64,000 nt of DNA from an uncultured Candidatus Saccharibacteria bacterium (lineage in GTDB: Bacteria; Patescibacteriota; Dojkabacteria; SC72): NCBI GenBank assembly GCA_964621195.1, contig CAZULJ010000003.1, forward strand, positions 24,412-88,411, read 5' to 3'. How positions within the stretch are numbered: the first letter of the stretch is position 1; the number at the start of each line of letters is the position of its first letter. Below, piece by piece: positions 38,936 through 49,213 of this stretch. Position numbers and translations under genes: made by a program. A model generated the notes under the pieces. It ran no database searches. It had not been told where the DNA came from and saw nothing but the letters and a program-made list of their open reading frames with translations.

Positions 38936-41927
38936 TACGGATTTAACAAAAATAAAGGGACAAACTCCAGTATCAATCATCGTTCACGGTGGAAATTATC
39001 TTGGCTATCTACTCTCCAAAACATTGTTAGACCAGGGTAGTCAGGTAATAATAATTGATAAATATACCTCCGAATCAAAAGATTACTTCTCTGAACTAAA
39101 AAAGAATGGAAAAGTTAGCTTTATCGATTTCAAGGGAATAAAAAGCTTCTATGAAAAGATAGCTCGAATAGATTACCTCTTTTACTTACTTGGAGAACGC
39201 CTGGAAGATGCCGAATCGATTGATAGCAAAGACTTCCTTGCAGAATCTGATTACATAAATAGCAGTCTTGCAAACGCACATAAGTTCAAGGCAAAAATAT
39301 CCCTAGTAACGTCACTGAGATTAAATAGGGAGCTCTCCAATAGGGTTAACAATGATAGGTTTGGAAAAACAACTCCATATTCACCATTAGAATTACAAAG
39401 GTACGGAGAGAATTTCGTAGCGGAGTTTGTAGATAAAACAAAAGCAAATTTAAGAATTCTTCGATTGGGAACTATAGTTGGAAAAGGTATTAAGAAACTG
39501 AAAGATCCAACATTAGACAGACTATTTACAGATTCTACACAAAAGCCTCAAATTGAAATATGGGGGGAAGGGTTAGAAGTACACAATATTATTCATGAGA
39601 GTGATGCTGTATACGGAATACTTAAACTTACCTTCGATGATTCTACAAAAGGAGAAGTCATCTCACTTTGTAACAAGAATGACTATACAACCCTCTCGCT
39701 TGCATACAAACTCCTAGAGCTAGATGTCGAAGCAAAAGCTATTCGCTTTGTTGAGAAAGATAATAAGGATCTCCTACTACAGGATCTTTACCTTCCAGCT
39801 CCAAATGCTACACAGTATGCTTGGAGACAAAATGTAACCTTGGAGGAAAGTATTGTAGAACAAGCAAAAATTTACTATGAAAGATCAGAAAAGAAGTGGG
39901 ACTTAGGAAAAAAAGAAGAAAGAAAAAAGAAGGTTGCAGAGATAACTTCTGTTTCAAAAACAAAGTTAGGCTCTACTATACAAAAAGTCCTCTCTCCATT
40001 TCAGAGAATATTTGATAGAGAGAACTTCTTCCAAGAAATCAGCTATTCAAAGATCTTTAATGCAACCTTCCTTATCATATTAGCCTTCTTACTCATTTAC
40101 TACCTAATATCTCCACTTCTTGGTATCGGGCTGGGTACATATCTAATATATGGGAAAACAAATGATCTCAAAGATTCTTTTAATAGTTTAGATTTTGAAC
40201 AAATAGAGAAAGACACTAGCGATATCTCAGCAAATTTAACAAAGATAGAAAGAAACCTTTCAAGAATATATTGGGTTTTCAAATTGACAAACAATCAAGA
40301 CTTTTACAACAACAGTTCTCAACTAATTCAGGGGACTGGATATGCCTTAGATAGTGCACAGGATTTAATAATAGGATTGCAACCTTTGGGAGAATATCTG
40401 AAAGATTTCGAACCTGCAGTGACATTTGATACTTCTCAACCAACTACTACGAGAGAATATAGAGAGTACCTACTAGCAATAGATGACAATCAGTACAGTA
40501 TAAAAGAGGGTATCTACAAGATGTCTCTTGCACAAAACCTCATAGAGACAGTAAATACGAAAGATTTCCCATCCTCTCTGCAAAGCTTTGTACTAAACTA
40601 TAAAGAGCTAGTTAACGAAGTAAATGAAATGATCCTACCATTAGAAAAAGTAACAGCATTCCTTCCCGAGACATTAGGTGTAAATGAGAGAAAAAGATAT
40701 TTAATACTACTCCAAAATGATGGTGAAATACGCAGTACCGGAGGATGGATATCTAGTTATGCAGTAGTTGCAGTAGAAGGCGGGCAAATTAGAGAACTTT
40801 TTGTAGATGATATCTACAACGCAGAGGGAACCCTAAAGGTAAAAGGTTACAGTTACAAAACTCCAACATCCATGATTAAAGCCCTTGGAGATACTCAATA
40901 CAGCTTCTCCCTTGTAAACTGGGATCCTAATCTTGATAGCGTAATGACTAATGCCGAGCAATTTATCTATGATCTTGGGAAGGGTAATGACATAGATGGG
41001 GTTATTACAATAGATACAGTATTTTTACAAAAGCTTCTTGAAAGGTGGGAAGGTATAGAAGTACCTGGAGAATCAGAGTTGGTTACAGCCCAAAACCTTT
41101 ATCCTAAGATATTTGAAATGCACTCAGAATTTACACCTGGATCTACTCGAAAATCTACCTTCCTCGCAAATCTCGCAAATGAATCAGTTACAAAAATTCT
41201 TTCCTCTAATTTTGCTGAGTACAAAGAAATTGGAGATGTAATTACGGAATCTCTTTCAGAGAAACATATGCAGGTAACATTCAAGAATTCATTAGCAAAA
41301 GCATATGTAAACGAACAGAATTGGGATGGGAATCTTGATTCTAAATTTCAATCCGCTCCGATCAATATTGATTGGAACTGGGGTGGCAACAAAGCAAATA
41401 TGTATTTAAGAAAAAATCATACTTTAGATATAAATATAAAGGATGAGGAAACAATAGACTATAAATATCAAATAGCTATACAAAATGACTCTACGGAAGA
41501 TAAATATCCCCAAGGAGAGTACATCAACTATATAAGGATATTCATTCCTGCTAATGCAACAATCATGAGTATAAGTGGAGTTGAGGATAACAAGTATGAC
41601 ATATACAATGAGGCAGGATTCAAAGTTATAGGAGGATGGTTTAATGTTGGCATAGAAGAGAACAAAACATTAGAGGTGTCGTATAGAGTAAGCAATCAAG
41701 ACGTGTACTCTGAGTACCCTCTTAAGGAAACTGACACTCATTACAATATGGATGTAGATATATACAAACAGCCAGGAAGTAAAAAAGATGCATACAATCT
41801 GACCATCACCTATCCTGATTCGTGGGATATTGAGAAAAGCGATACTTTAAGCAACATAGGGAGCCAACTTAACAAGAGGTTTGAATTAGCAACGGATGAG
41901 CAATTCAATATATCGTGGCAGAAATAG
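38928..41927 (+). CDS. Fusion of a degenerate NAD-dependent epimerase-like domain, a TM and a DUF4012-like extracellular domain; start probably ATG 38928
   Basis: IIVHGGNYLG..L...G.QVIIID Rossmann-like start; RYLILLQNDGEIRSTGGW, NWDPN, IDGVITID, NWGGNKAN. Confidence 0.72.
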   Translation: MSNTDLTKIKGQTPVSIIVHGGNYLGYLLSKTLLDQGSQVIIIDKYTSESKDYFSELKKNGKVSFIDFKGIKSFYEKIARIDYLFYLLGERLEDAESIDSKDFLAESDYINSSLANAHKFKAKISLVTSLRLNRELSNRVNNDRFGKTTPYSPLELQRYGENFVAEFVDKTKANLRILRLGTIVGKGIKKLKDPTLDRLFTDSTQKPQIEIWGEGLEVHNIIHESDAVYGILKLTFDDSTKGEVISLCNKNDYTTLSLAYKLLELDVEAKAIRFVEKDNKDLLLQDLYLPAPNATQYAWRQNVTLEESIVEQAKIYYERSEKKWDLGKKEERKKKVAEITSVSKTKLGSTIQKVLSPFQRIFDRENFFQEISYSKIFNATFLIILAFLLIYYLISPLLGIGLGTYLIYGKTNDLKDSFNSLDFEQIEKDTSDISANLTKIERNLSRIYWVFKLTNNQDFYNNSSQLIQGTGYALDSAQDLIIGLQPLGEYLKDFEPAVTFDTSQPTTTREYREYLLAIDDNQYSIKEGIYKMSLAQNLIETVNTKDFPSSLQSFVLNYKELVNEVNEMILPLEKVTAFLPETLGVNERKRYLILLQNDGEIRSTGGWISSYAVVAVEGGQIRELFVDDIYNAEGTLKVKGYSYKTPTSMIKALGDTQYSFSLVNWDPNLDSVMTNAEQFIYDLGKGNDIDGVITIDTVFLQKLLERWEGIEVPGESELVTAQNLYPKIFEMHSEFTPGSTRKSTFLANLANESVTKILSSNFAEYKEIGDVITESLSEKHMQVTFKNSLAKAYVNEQNWDGNLDSKFQSAPINIDWNWGGNKANMYLRKNHTLDINIKDEETIDYKYQIAIQNDSTEDKYPQGEYINYIRIFIPANATIMSISGVEDNKYDIYNEAGFKVIGGWFNVGIEENKTLEVSYRVSNQDVYSEYPLKETDTHYNMDVDIYKQPGSKKDAYNLTITYPDSWDIEKSDTLSNIGSQLNKRFELATDEQFNISWQK

Positions 41928-41931
41928 AAAG

Positions 41932-42276
41932 CTAGATAACAACTCTCTCTCTTTGCTTTAAGTAGATATATATATCAAGTATTTCTTCCAAAGAGGTTTC
42001 TGTCCTTGTTGCAAACTTACCAATTTCTTGTATATCAAGATCTGTATTAATTGGCATCCTGTTACTTACACCCATTGGTTTGATAAATGTCGCTATGTGG
42101 TTTGATTTACAATTACTACATGAGAAGTGTATAATACTCGAAATATTGTTGTCTTGAATTATTTCTAAATCACTTCCAGAATAAGGGTTGCCACATTTGT
42201 CACAAAACTTAGCTATAATATCTATAAAAAATTGTTTTCTGTCATTTAATTTGTCTTTTCTTTCGTTTTTACTCAT
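41932..42276 (-). CDS. Hypothetical zinc-ribbon protein
   Basis: CDKC...HFSCSNC; -10 box 7 nt upstream. Confidence 0.72.
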   Translation of the reverse strand: MSKNERKDKLNDRKQFFIDIIAKFCDKCGNPYSGSDLEIIQDNNISSIIHFSCSNCKSNHIATFIKPMGVSNRMPINTDLDIQEIGKFATRTETSLEEILDIYIYLKQRERVVI

Positions 42277-42302
42277 ATATTAAATTATACCACAATAAAT
42301 AA

Positions 42303-43391
42303 ATGGGAAAGGTCTCTCAAAAAGCTTTAAACATTAAAGATTTGATTACAAAAGGAAAGGAACAAGGGTTCCTAAGTCAGGAAGATCTCTTAGAGGTATT
42401 TCCAACCATAGAGGAAGATGTTGCACTCTTAGACGAAATCTTCAAGGATCTACAAGAAAATGATATAGAGGTGTTAGAGCCAGAGGAAGATCAAGTAAAA
42501 AGCGGAGAGGAACTTACACTAGAGAAAAAGATTCGAATATTAAAAACTATTCAATCTACAATATCTACCGATGCAATAAGATCATACCTTTATGAAATTG
42601 GAAAAATACCTCTACTAACAGGAGATGAAGAGGTCATACTTGCTAAAAGGATTGAGAAAGGAGACAAAGAAGCTGGACAGCTTTTGATAACTGCAAACCT
42701 TAGACTAGTAGTAAGTATTGCCAAAAAGTACAGCAAGAGTGGATTAGAGTTACTAGACCTAATACAGGAAGGAAACATTGGTTTAATGAGAGCAGTTGAG
42801 AAATTTGACTATCACAAAGGCTTCAAGTTCTCTACCTATGCTACTTGGTGGATAAGACAGGCAATCACAAGAGCTATCGCAGATCAAGCAAGAACTATCC
42901 GTGTTCCAGTGCATATGATTGAAACGATCAACAAGTTTAACAAGGTAAATAGTATCCTTACTACAAAGCTCGGTAGACAACCAAGCGATGAAGAGATCGC
43001 GAAAGAGATGGATATAGAGCTAGAGAAGGTTGCAGAGATAAGGAAGATAAAACAAAATCCATCATCACTAGCAACCCCAATAGGGGACGAGAAGGATAGC
43101 AAGCTACAAGATATACTCCCAGATGAATGGTCACAAAGTCCAGAGGACTTTGCAACATCAGAATATCTAAAGAACCAACTTAGAGAGATTCTTGATTCTT
43201 TGCAAGATAGAGAAAGAAGGGTTCTCTCGTTAAGATTTGGCTTAGATGACGGAGTTACAAGAACTCTTGAGGAGGTTGGAAGAGAATTTGGTGTAACAAG
43301 AGAGAGAATTAGACAGATAGAAGCAAAAGCATTAAAGAAACTAAAGGATAGATCCTCAGAGAAAAGACTCGATGATTATATAAATCTTTAG
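42303..43391 (+). CDS. rpoD: Primary sigma factor RpoD/SigA
   Basis: Region 1.1; [53 protein letters not shown]. Confidence 0.98.
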   Translation: MGKVSQKALNIKDLITKGKEQGFLSQEDLLEVFPTIEEDVALLDEIFKDLQENDIEVLEPEEDQVKSGEELTLEKKIRILKTIQSTISTDAIRSYLYEIGKIPLLTGDEEVILAKRIEKGDKEAGQLLITANLRLVVSIAKKYSKSGLELLDLIQEGNIGLMRAVEKFDYHKGFKFSTYATWWIRQAITRAIADQARTIRVPVHMIETINKFNKVNSILTTKLGRQPSDEEIAKEMDIELEKVAEIRKIKQNPSSLATPIGDEKDSKLQDILPDEWSQSPEDFATSEYLKNQLREILDSLQDRERRVLSLRFGLDDGVTRTLEEVGREFGVTRERIRQIEAKALKKLKDRSSEKRLDDYINL

Positions 43392-43627
43392 TCAGTATTC
43401 AAACTAAAAAATTCCGATGGGAGAACTGGGAAACTCTTTTGAGTCCTATCAGCAACCTTATCTACAACTTCAAGATCAAAGTTGTTACTGAGAGGCTTTG
43501 TATAACTAGTAGCATTTGGATTCACATCTGAAAATACTCTACTAGAAATAGTTGCAAGACCTGCCCAAATTATTGTTACAACAATTAGTAAGACAATACC
43601 AACTATATATTTCTTTACAATCTCCAT
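43388..43627 (-). CDS. Small membrane-anchored hypothetical protein downstream of pilO-like gene
   Basis: 79 aa with an N-terminal TM; co-oriented 6 nt after the pilO-like gene. Confidence 0.65.
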   Translation of the reverse strand: MEIVKKYIVGIVLLIVVTIIWAGLATISSRVFSDVNPNATSYTKPLSNNFDLEVVDKVADRTQKSFPVLPSEFFSLNTD

Positions 43628-43633
43628 AATAGG

Positions 43634-44245
43634 CTATTCGTAAAATTTATCATTATCTACATGATATATTCTTAAAAGTATACTGTATTTTGTATTCCCA
43701 GCGTCATCAACTTCGGAACCATACGAAACACTCTCAACCACAGGATACATAGGCATTGATTCAAGCTCTTTAAGGAAATTAACCAAATAGACCTTCTTAC
43801 CACTAACAGACATTCTAACAGACCAAGGCTTTAGCACTAAAGTTTTAAGATCGAAGAAGTCTCTGTCATATTCAGAGAAGTTAATAGAGTCTAATATGAA
43901 ATTGTTTCTTGAAACAACAGCATCAATATTAGACAAGAAAAGACTAAAATTCCCAGATGCAGGAAAGAGTAGAGTCAGGTCTCTAAAAGACTCCACATTC
44001 TCGTTATATTGATCATCTAGTGCAGCTAATGCAACAATCTTGTTCTCTAACGCAAGAGAGATTCTCTCTTTTTCTTCAATTTCACTGTTAACAGTAGATA
44101 TCGTCTTAACTGTAGGTATGACTGCAAAAACTAAAAGCAGAATACCTAGAATATATGTCATCCCGGTAAATACATTTTCAATCTGCTTAGAAGGAGCATT
44201 CTTGATTAATTGTACAACCTCTAATCTTTTTGATTCTTCTGCCAT
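43634..44245 (-). CDS. Type IV pilus assembly PilO-like protein
   Basis: TM ending FAVIPT, coiled coil, LFP..FL..ID, V.G....NFLKELE ferredoxin-like pattern. Confidence 0.7.
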   Translation of the reverse strand: MAEESKRLEVVQLIKNAPSKQIENVFTGMTYILGILLLVFAVIPTVKTISTVNSEIEEKERISLALENKIVALAALDDQYNENVESFRDLTLLFPASGNFSLFLSNIDAVVSRNNFILDSINFSEYDRDFFDLKTLVLKPWSVRMSVSGKKVYLVNFLKELESMPMYPVVESVSYGSEVDDAGNTKYSILLRIYHVDNDKFYE

Positions 44246-44246
44246 G

Positions 44247-44804
44247 TTATACCTCCTCCTGATTTATTACAAAAGTAACATTTACTTCTAGTTCGTCGTT
44301 TGCCTTGTTTATATTAAACTTTACATCAGAATAGTAGGAATTGTTCTTTAAAGAATCTTCGTAATCTTTAAGTGCCTTAAAATTTGGAGTCGTAAGAGCA
44401 AGACTCACTCTATAACCATTGAATGAAAAACTTTCAACATTTAGCGTCATGGGGATATTACTTAAAATCTCAGCGACAGCACTAGAATTAAGATCTTGAC
44501 CGACCTCAACATTCTTTACATCTACTAATAGATTTTGTAAGTTGTCATACTTAACAGCACTCTGCTTCCAAGTATCATTCTCCAAGACAGTAACTTGTGC
44601 ATTTATCTTCTCGGTAAGATCATTACTCTTTTCATCCATTATAAAGCGGCCCAAAAAGGCACCAAGAACAACTATTTCAACAACAATAAGAAAGTTTTTC
44701 CCAACAGAGGCAATCCAAGTAAAGGCACCAGAAAGCATCTCCGATTCTTCATTGATCGGCTCTAAAAAGTTGATAGATTTTGGCTCTGATTTTCTATTAA
44801 ACAT
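44247..44804 (-). CDS. Type IV pilus assembly PilN-like protein
   Basis: N-terminal INFL motif (PilM-binding INLLP-like), TM, coiled coil, L..IP, L.NNSYYSDV. Confidence 0.72.
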   Translation of the reverse strand: MFNRKSEPKSINFLEPINEESEMLSGAFTWIASVGKNFLIVVEIVVLGAFLGRFIMDEKSNDLTEKINAQVTVLENDTWKQSAVKYDNLQNLLVDVKNVEVGQDLNSSAVAEILSNIPMTLNVESFSFNGYRVSLALTTPNFKALKDYEDSLKNNSYYSDVKFNINKANDELEVNVTFVINQEEV

Positions 44805-44842
44805 TGGGCAGTAGTTCTTCTACTACTAACAGTATATAGCAA

Positions 44843-46288
44843 CTATATCTTGTTGAAAAGGATTATCTTTTCACTTCTATCCAAGGCTTCTTTCGCTTTC
44901 TTACAACTAAAAGGAAGAATAGGGGAGTAAAGCCTTATCACACAATCTAAAAGATAACTCAGGTTGTTAAGGATCAAGGAAGATTCCTCGATCGACAATT
45001 CCTTACTCCAAGGTTCTTTCTGAGTAATATACTTGTTTCCCCAATCAGCAATCTCATCTATCTTTTCACCTGCCAAAGCTATCTCGAAATCATCATACAG
45101 TTTTGTAACCTCTGCCTCCATATCGTCAATACTCTTTTTGAAAGAGGGCTCAACATTCTCATACTGACAAATTTTAATACCCTTACTGTTTGCAAGATGG
45201 ATAACTCTGTTTAATAGGTTACCAAAGTTGTTAGCTAACCTTGAGTTATACATATTTGTCAAATCATCCTCTTTGTATGCTGAATCTGAGTATGTTGCAA
45301 TACCAACAAGAAGATAGAAGCGAACTATTTCAGCACCATATTTCTCTTGCTGGTCAAAGGGAGAGATAACATTACCCTTAGATTTTGCCATCTTAGTACC
45401 GTCAGGGCCAAGTACCATACCGTGTTCTAAAAGCTTCTGACTATGATCAAGACCTACTGAGGCTAACATACCCTGCCAGATAGCACCCTGGAATCTTAGG
45501 TTATCAGGTCCAAAAATCTGCACACCTGGCCACCATTTATTTAACCTCTCTTCGTCTGATCCAAAACCAATAACATTAACATAGTTTGTTAAAGCATCAA
45601 ACCAAACATAGAAAACCTGTTCAGGGTCATTAGGTACCTCAATACCCCAAGGTAAGTTCTCCCTTAGTCTCGAAATACTAATATCCTCTATATCTTCAAT
45701 AATCTTTCTTAACTCCTCAATCTTTTGTGCAGGCTTAAGAACTTCAGGATTAGAGTCAAGCCAATTTAACAAATGTTCCTTGTATTTTGAAAGCTTAAAG
45801 AAATAGTTCTCCTCTTCTTTCTCTTCGGGTACAGTACCATGATCTGGGCACTTCCCATCAACAAGCTCCTTCTCCGTTACAAATCTTTCACAACCAACGC
45901 AGTACCTCCCTCCATACTTTTTCTTGTAAATATCTCCACTCTTTTCACATCTCTTCCAAAATTCCTGTGCAGCAAGATGATGACCGCTTTCCGAAGTTCT
46001 GTAGAAGTTATCATATTCAACAAAAAACAATTTACAGAAATCCTTAAATCTTTGTGCATATTTCTCTACAAAAGCACTTACTTCAAGACCTTCCTCTTTC
46101 GCCTTTCTAAAAATCTTTAAACCATGCTCATCAGTACCAACATTAAAAAAAACATTTTCATCCCCAAGCTTCTGTCTAAAGTATCTTGAGATTGCATCCG
46201 CTTGAACAAACTCTAAGGCATGGCCAATGTGTGGCTCAGCATTTACATAGGGTAGGGTAGTAGTTATATACAATCGTTTATTCTCCAT
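44843..46288 (-). CDS. metG: Methionyl-tRNA synthetase, short form
   Basis: YITTTLPYVNAEPHIGH, GTDEHG, YVWFDAL, KMAKSKGN. Confidence 0.97.
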   Translation of the reverse strand: MENKRLYITTTLPYVNAEPHIGHALEFVQADAISRYFRQKLGDENVFFNVGTDEHGLKIFRKAKEEGLEVSAFVEKYAQRFKDFCKLFFVEYDNFYRTSESGHHLAAQEFWKRCEKSGDIYKKKYGGRYCVGCERFVTEKELVDGKCPDHGTVPEEKEEENYFFKLSKYKEHLLNWLDSNPEVLKPAQKIEELRKIIEDIEDISISRLRENLPWGIEVPNDPEQVFYVWFDALTNYVNVIGFGSDEERLNKWWPGVQIFGPDNLRFQGAIWQGMLASVGLDHSQKLLEHGMVLGPDGTKMAKSKGNVISPFDQQEKYGAEIVRFYLLVGIATYSDSAYKEDDLTNMYNSRLANNFGNLLNRVIHLANSKGIKICQYENVEPSFKKSIDDMEAEVTKLYDDFEIALAGEKIDEIADWGNKYITQKEPWSKELSIEESSLILNNLSYLLDCVIRLYSPILPFSCKKAKEALDRSEKIILFNKI

Positions 46289-46456
46289 TAAATATTCCTC
46301 ATATATTAGGGGTAATTATGTACTAATTATATACCCTAGAGAGATCATTTCAAAACGTCAGAGAAAGAAGCCGAAGGAAACAAACTATAAGACAGCTGAA
46401 CATTATGTACAAAAAAATAACTATTTTTGATAAAAGGAATTAAGGAGACAAGACAA

Positions 46457-46576
46457 ATGCCACCTAAATCTCAAACACCTTCTAGTAGTAAGGACAAGAC
46501 TAAGAAAGGAAAGAAGGAAGGGGAGAAAGCGAAGCAAAAACCTACAGCAAAAAGCAACGGCTGGGGTCAGCACTAA
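46457..46576 (+). CDS. Small Lys-rich peptide, 39 aa: MPPKSQTPSSSKDKTKKGKKEGEKAKQKPTAKSNGWGQH
   Basis: Manual translation; strong SD TAAGGAG at 46441-46447, 9 nt before the ATG; below the ORF-track size cutoff. Confidence 0.55.
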   Translation: MPPKSQTPSSSKDKTKKGKKEGEKAKQKPTAKSNGWGQH

Positions 46577-46678
46577 AAGGGGTTTTGTTGCTCTGGGGAA
46601 ATGCGTGCGTGAGCCCGCACCAGTGGAGAGTGTCCATACCTAAATGATTTCAATATCACGGACACTCTCCACAACCTT
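46577..46678. other. GC-rich structured element between the small ORF and the valS 3' end
   Basis: 13-bp perfect stem GTGGAGAGTGTCC (46623-35) / GGACACTCTCCAC (46660-72); GTGCG/CGCAC hairpin (46605-20); no U tract. Confidence 0.55.
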
Positions 46679-46679
46679 C

Positions 46680-48974
46680 TTACACCTTAATCTGCTCACC
46701 CATAAGAATTCCCTCTGCAAGATTTAACTTAACCAACTCTTGCCATACGGATTCTGTAACGAATGGTATGAATGGATGCATTATCATCAAATTTACCTTA
46801 AGAATGTAAAGCAATTCACTAAGTTTCTCAATTCTTCTTTGAGAACCAATCTCTTCATTTTTAATCTCCTCCTTTATCTCCTCTATCCAAAGATCACATA
46901 CTGTATGCCAGAAGAACTCTCGAATTTCTTCAGAACCCAAGTTGAACTGGAATCTCTCAAGGTAATTTAGAACCTTCGTAACATGAGATCTTGTGGTTGC
47001 TACTCGAGGAAGGTTTTCATCAACTTTGTAAGAAGCAATGGCTTCTAATTCAGAGTCATCCATGTTCATAAGGATAAATCTACTAGCATTCCAAATCTTG
47101 TTTACAAAATTCCTGTTACCTTTTATCTTCTCCTCGCGCACAGGAGCATTTGAACCAGGTAAGGCATCACTAAAGTACCACAACCTCAAAGAATCAGCAC
47201 CATACTTCCCTATCATTTCGCTAGGTTCTACACCATTACCTTTAGATTTTGACATCTTGCTTCCATCAGAAGCAAGGATAAGGCCGTGAAGGAATACAGT
47301 ACTAAAAGGACTCTTCCCTGTTGTATATATACCCATCATCATCATTCTTGCTACCCACCAAAATAGAATGTCTCTTGCGGTCTCCATAACTTGGGTAGGG
47401 TAATATTTTTTAAAGTCTTCACCATCAATACCCCCAAGGGTAGAGTAGGGCCATTGACCAGAACTGAACCATGTATCAAACATATCCTCCTCTCTTTCAA
47501 ACCAAGCTTCACCTTCCCAGTTAGGGTCAACAGATGGCAACTGTTCTCCAAGAAATATCCTCCCACTACCTAAAACCTTCTCCCCAGTCTCCTTTGTATA
47601 CTCTCCTGCATCTTTGCCTGGATTCTCTCGCATCCAATCGTGCAATTTCTTACCTCCGCTATACCAAACTGGTATTCTTTGTCCCCACCATAACTGCCTA
47701 GAGATACACCAAGGCTGTATGTTTTTAAAGAAATGCTCCAATGCTCTTTGCTGTCCAGAAGGTATAACCGTAGTCTCACCATTCTCTAAAGCTTGCAAAG
47801 CTTTTTTCGCAAGAGGTAAGACATCTACATACCATTGATTTGAAATTATTGGTTCAATAGGTGTTTTACACCTCTCACATACAGCAACTTCATGTTTGAT
47901 ATTCTCTATCTTTACCAAAAGTCCAATTTCATCGAGTTCTTTAACCAAAGCTTTAGAGCAATCTATAGTTCCCATACCCAAGAATCTCTCAGGGATATCT
48001 CCACTCATCTTCCCTTCCTCATCTATTACATTTACGATATCTAACCCATGCTTCTTACCAATCTCGAAATCTATAGGGGAGTGAGCAGGTGTAACTTTCA
48101 ATGCCCCAGTACCGATTTCAATATCGATTTCTTCCTCTGCAATTACAGGAATCTCTCTGTTCGCAATTGGTAAAAGCACTTTCTTACCTACAAACTCTTT
48201 GTATCTATCATCCTTTGGATTAACAGCAACCGCAGTATCTCCCAACATTGTTTCTGGGCGTGTAGTTGCAACAGTAATACCTTCTACACCGAACTTCTCC
48301 TTAGCAAGTTGCCTGTCCTCTTCTTTTACAAACGGATAGACTATATATGCAAAAATACCCCTCATCTCCTCATGTTCTGTATCAACATCTGCTAAAGCTG
48401 TTTTACAACTAGGACACTGGTTTACAATCCTTTTATCTCTGTATACCAACCCCTCTTCATACATTTTGTAAAAAGTGTTGTAGACAATTTCGGTAAGCTT
48501 TGGATCAAGAGTAAAAAGCTCTCGAGAATAGTCCGCAGACAAACCAATATTCTGCTCCTGCTCCCTAGCATTTTTTGCATTCTCCATTGAAAATTCATAG
48601 CATCGTTTGTAAAACTCTTCCTGACCAAGCTTCCACTTATCAATCCCTTGCTCCCTTAAAACTTTCGTAAAAGAAGTCTCTGTCTGAATCCCTGCGTGAT
48701 CTTTACCTGGTAAAAGGAGAGTAGGGTGTCCCGTCATTCTCATATATCTTCCCATTACATCTTGGAAGGAGTACCCACACATATGTCCAATATGTAGATT
48801 TGCGTTTGCGTTAGGTGGAGGAAGAGTTATCGTAAAAGAGCTCTTGATCTCAACACCAGTTTTTTTTAATTTCTCTTCGAGATTTTCAGGGTTACTCAAT
48901 CCAGAGTCTACCCATATTTTGTATATCTCTTTCTCTCTTGTATTTGCCTCAAAGGCTTTTGGTATGTCTTTCAT
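46680..48974 (-). CDS. valS: Valyl-tRNA synthetase lacking the C-terminal coiled coil
   Basis: PPPNANANLHIGH, DHAGIQT, ATTRPETM.GD, WCISRQLWWG, KMSKSKGN. Confidence 0.97.
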   Translation of the reverse strand: MKDIPKAFEANTREKEIYKIWVDSGLSNPENLEEKLKKTGVEIKSSFTITLPPPNANANLHIGHMCGYSFQDVMGRYMRMTGHPTLLLPGKDHAGIQTETSFTKVLREQGIDKWKLGQEEFYKRCYEFSMENAKNAREQEQNIGLSADYSRELFTLDPKLTEIVYNTFYKMYEEGLVYRDKRIVNQCPSCKTALADVDTEHEEMRGIFAYIVYPFVKEEDRQLAKEKFGVEGITVATTRPETMLGDTAVAVNPKDDRYKEFVGKKVLLPIANREIPVIAEEEIDIEIGTGALKVTPAHSPIDFEIGKKHGLDIVNVIDEEGKMSGDIPERFLGMGTIDCSKALVKELDEIGLLVKIENIKHEVAVCERCKTPIEPIISNQWYVDVLPLAKKALQALENGETTVIPSGQQRALEHFFKNIQPWCISRQLWWGQRIPVWYSGGKKLHDWMRENPGKDAGEYTKETGEKVLGSGRIFLGEQLPSVDPNWEGEAWFEREEDMFDTWFSSGQWPYSTLGGIDGEDFKKYYPTQVMETARDILFWWVARMMMMGIYTTGKSPFSTVFLHGLILASDGSKMSKSKGNGVEPSEMIGKYGADSLRLWYFSDALPGSNAPVREEKIKGNRNFVNKIWNASRFILMNMDDSELEAIASYKVDENLPRVATTRSHVTKVLNYLERFQFNLGSEEIREFFWHTVCDLWIEEIKEEIKNEEIGSQRRIEKLSELLYILKVNLMIMHPFIPFVTESVWQELVKLNLAEGILMGEQIKV

Positions 48975-48995
48975 TTCAATTATAAAAATATATTT

Positions 48996-49209
48996 AAAAA
49001 GCCCTCACATTAAAGTATATCCTATTTAGAAATATACCTTAACGTAAGGGCGAAATTCGCGATACCACCTTACTTCCTTACAACATTACTGCCATAAGCT
49101 CTATACCAAATGATTGGTAAACCTGTTTACGGTTAGGTTTCCGTGGGTTCTAATTTCAAAAAGATTTCTTCCCAAGCCTCCAGGGTGACTAATCCTGTAC
49201 CATCGGCTC
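48996..49209 (-). ncRNA. T-box riboswitch (Val) in the valS leader
   Basis: T-box AAGGTGGTATCGCG (49071-49058) with antiterminator partner CGCCCTT; terminator stem 49051-49001 plus U5; Stem II; IIA/B pseudoknot with CCGTAA; GTC specifier at 49189-49187. Confidence 0.88.
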
Positions 49210-49213
49210 CTCC

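Noticed and set aside
46289-46440. T-box or SAM riboswitch upstream of metG
   Set aside because: No GGTGGNACC T-box or S-box core found; only an AT-rich imperfect inverted repeat around a -10 box
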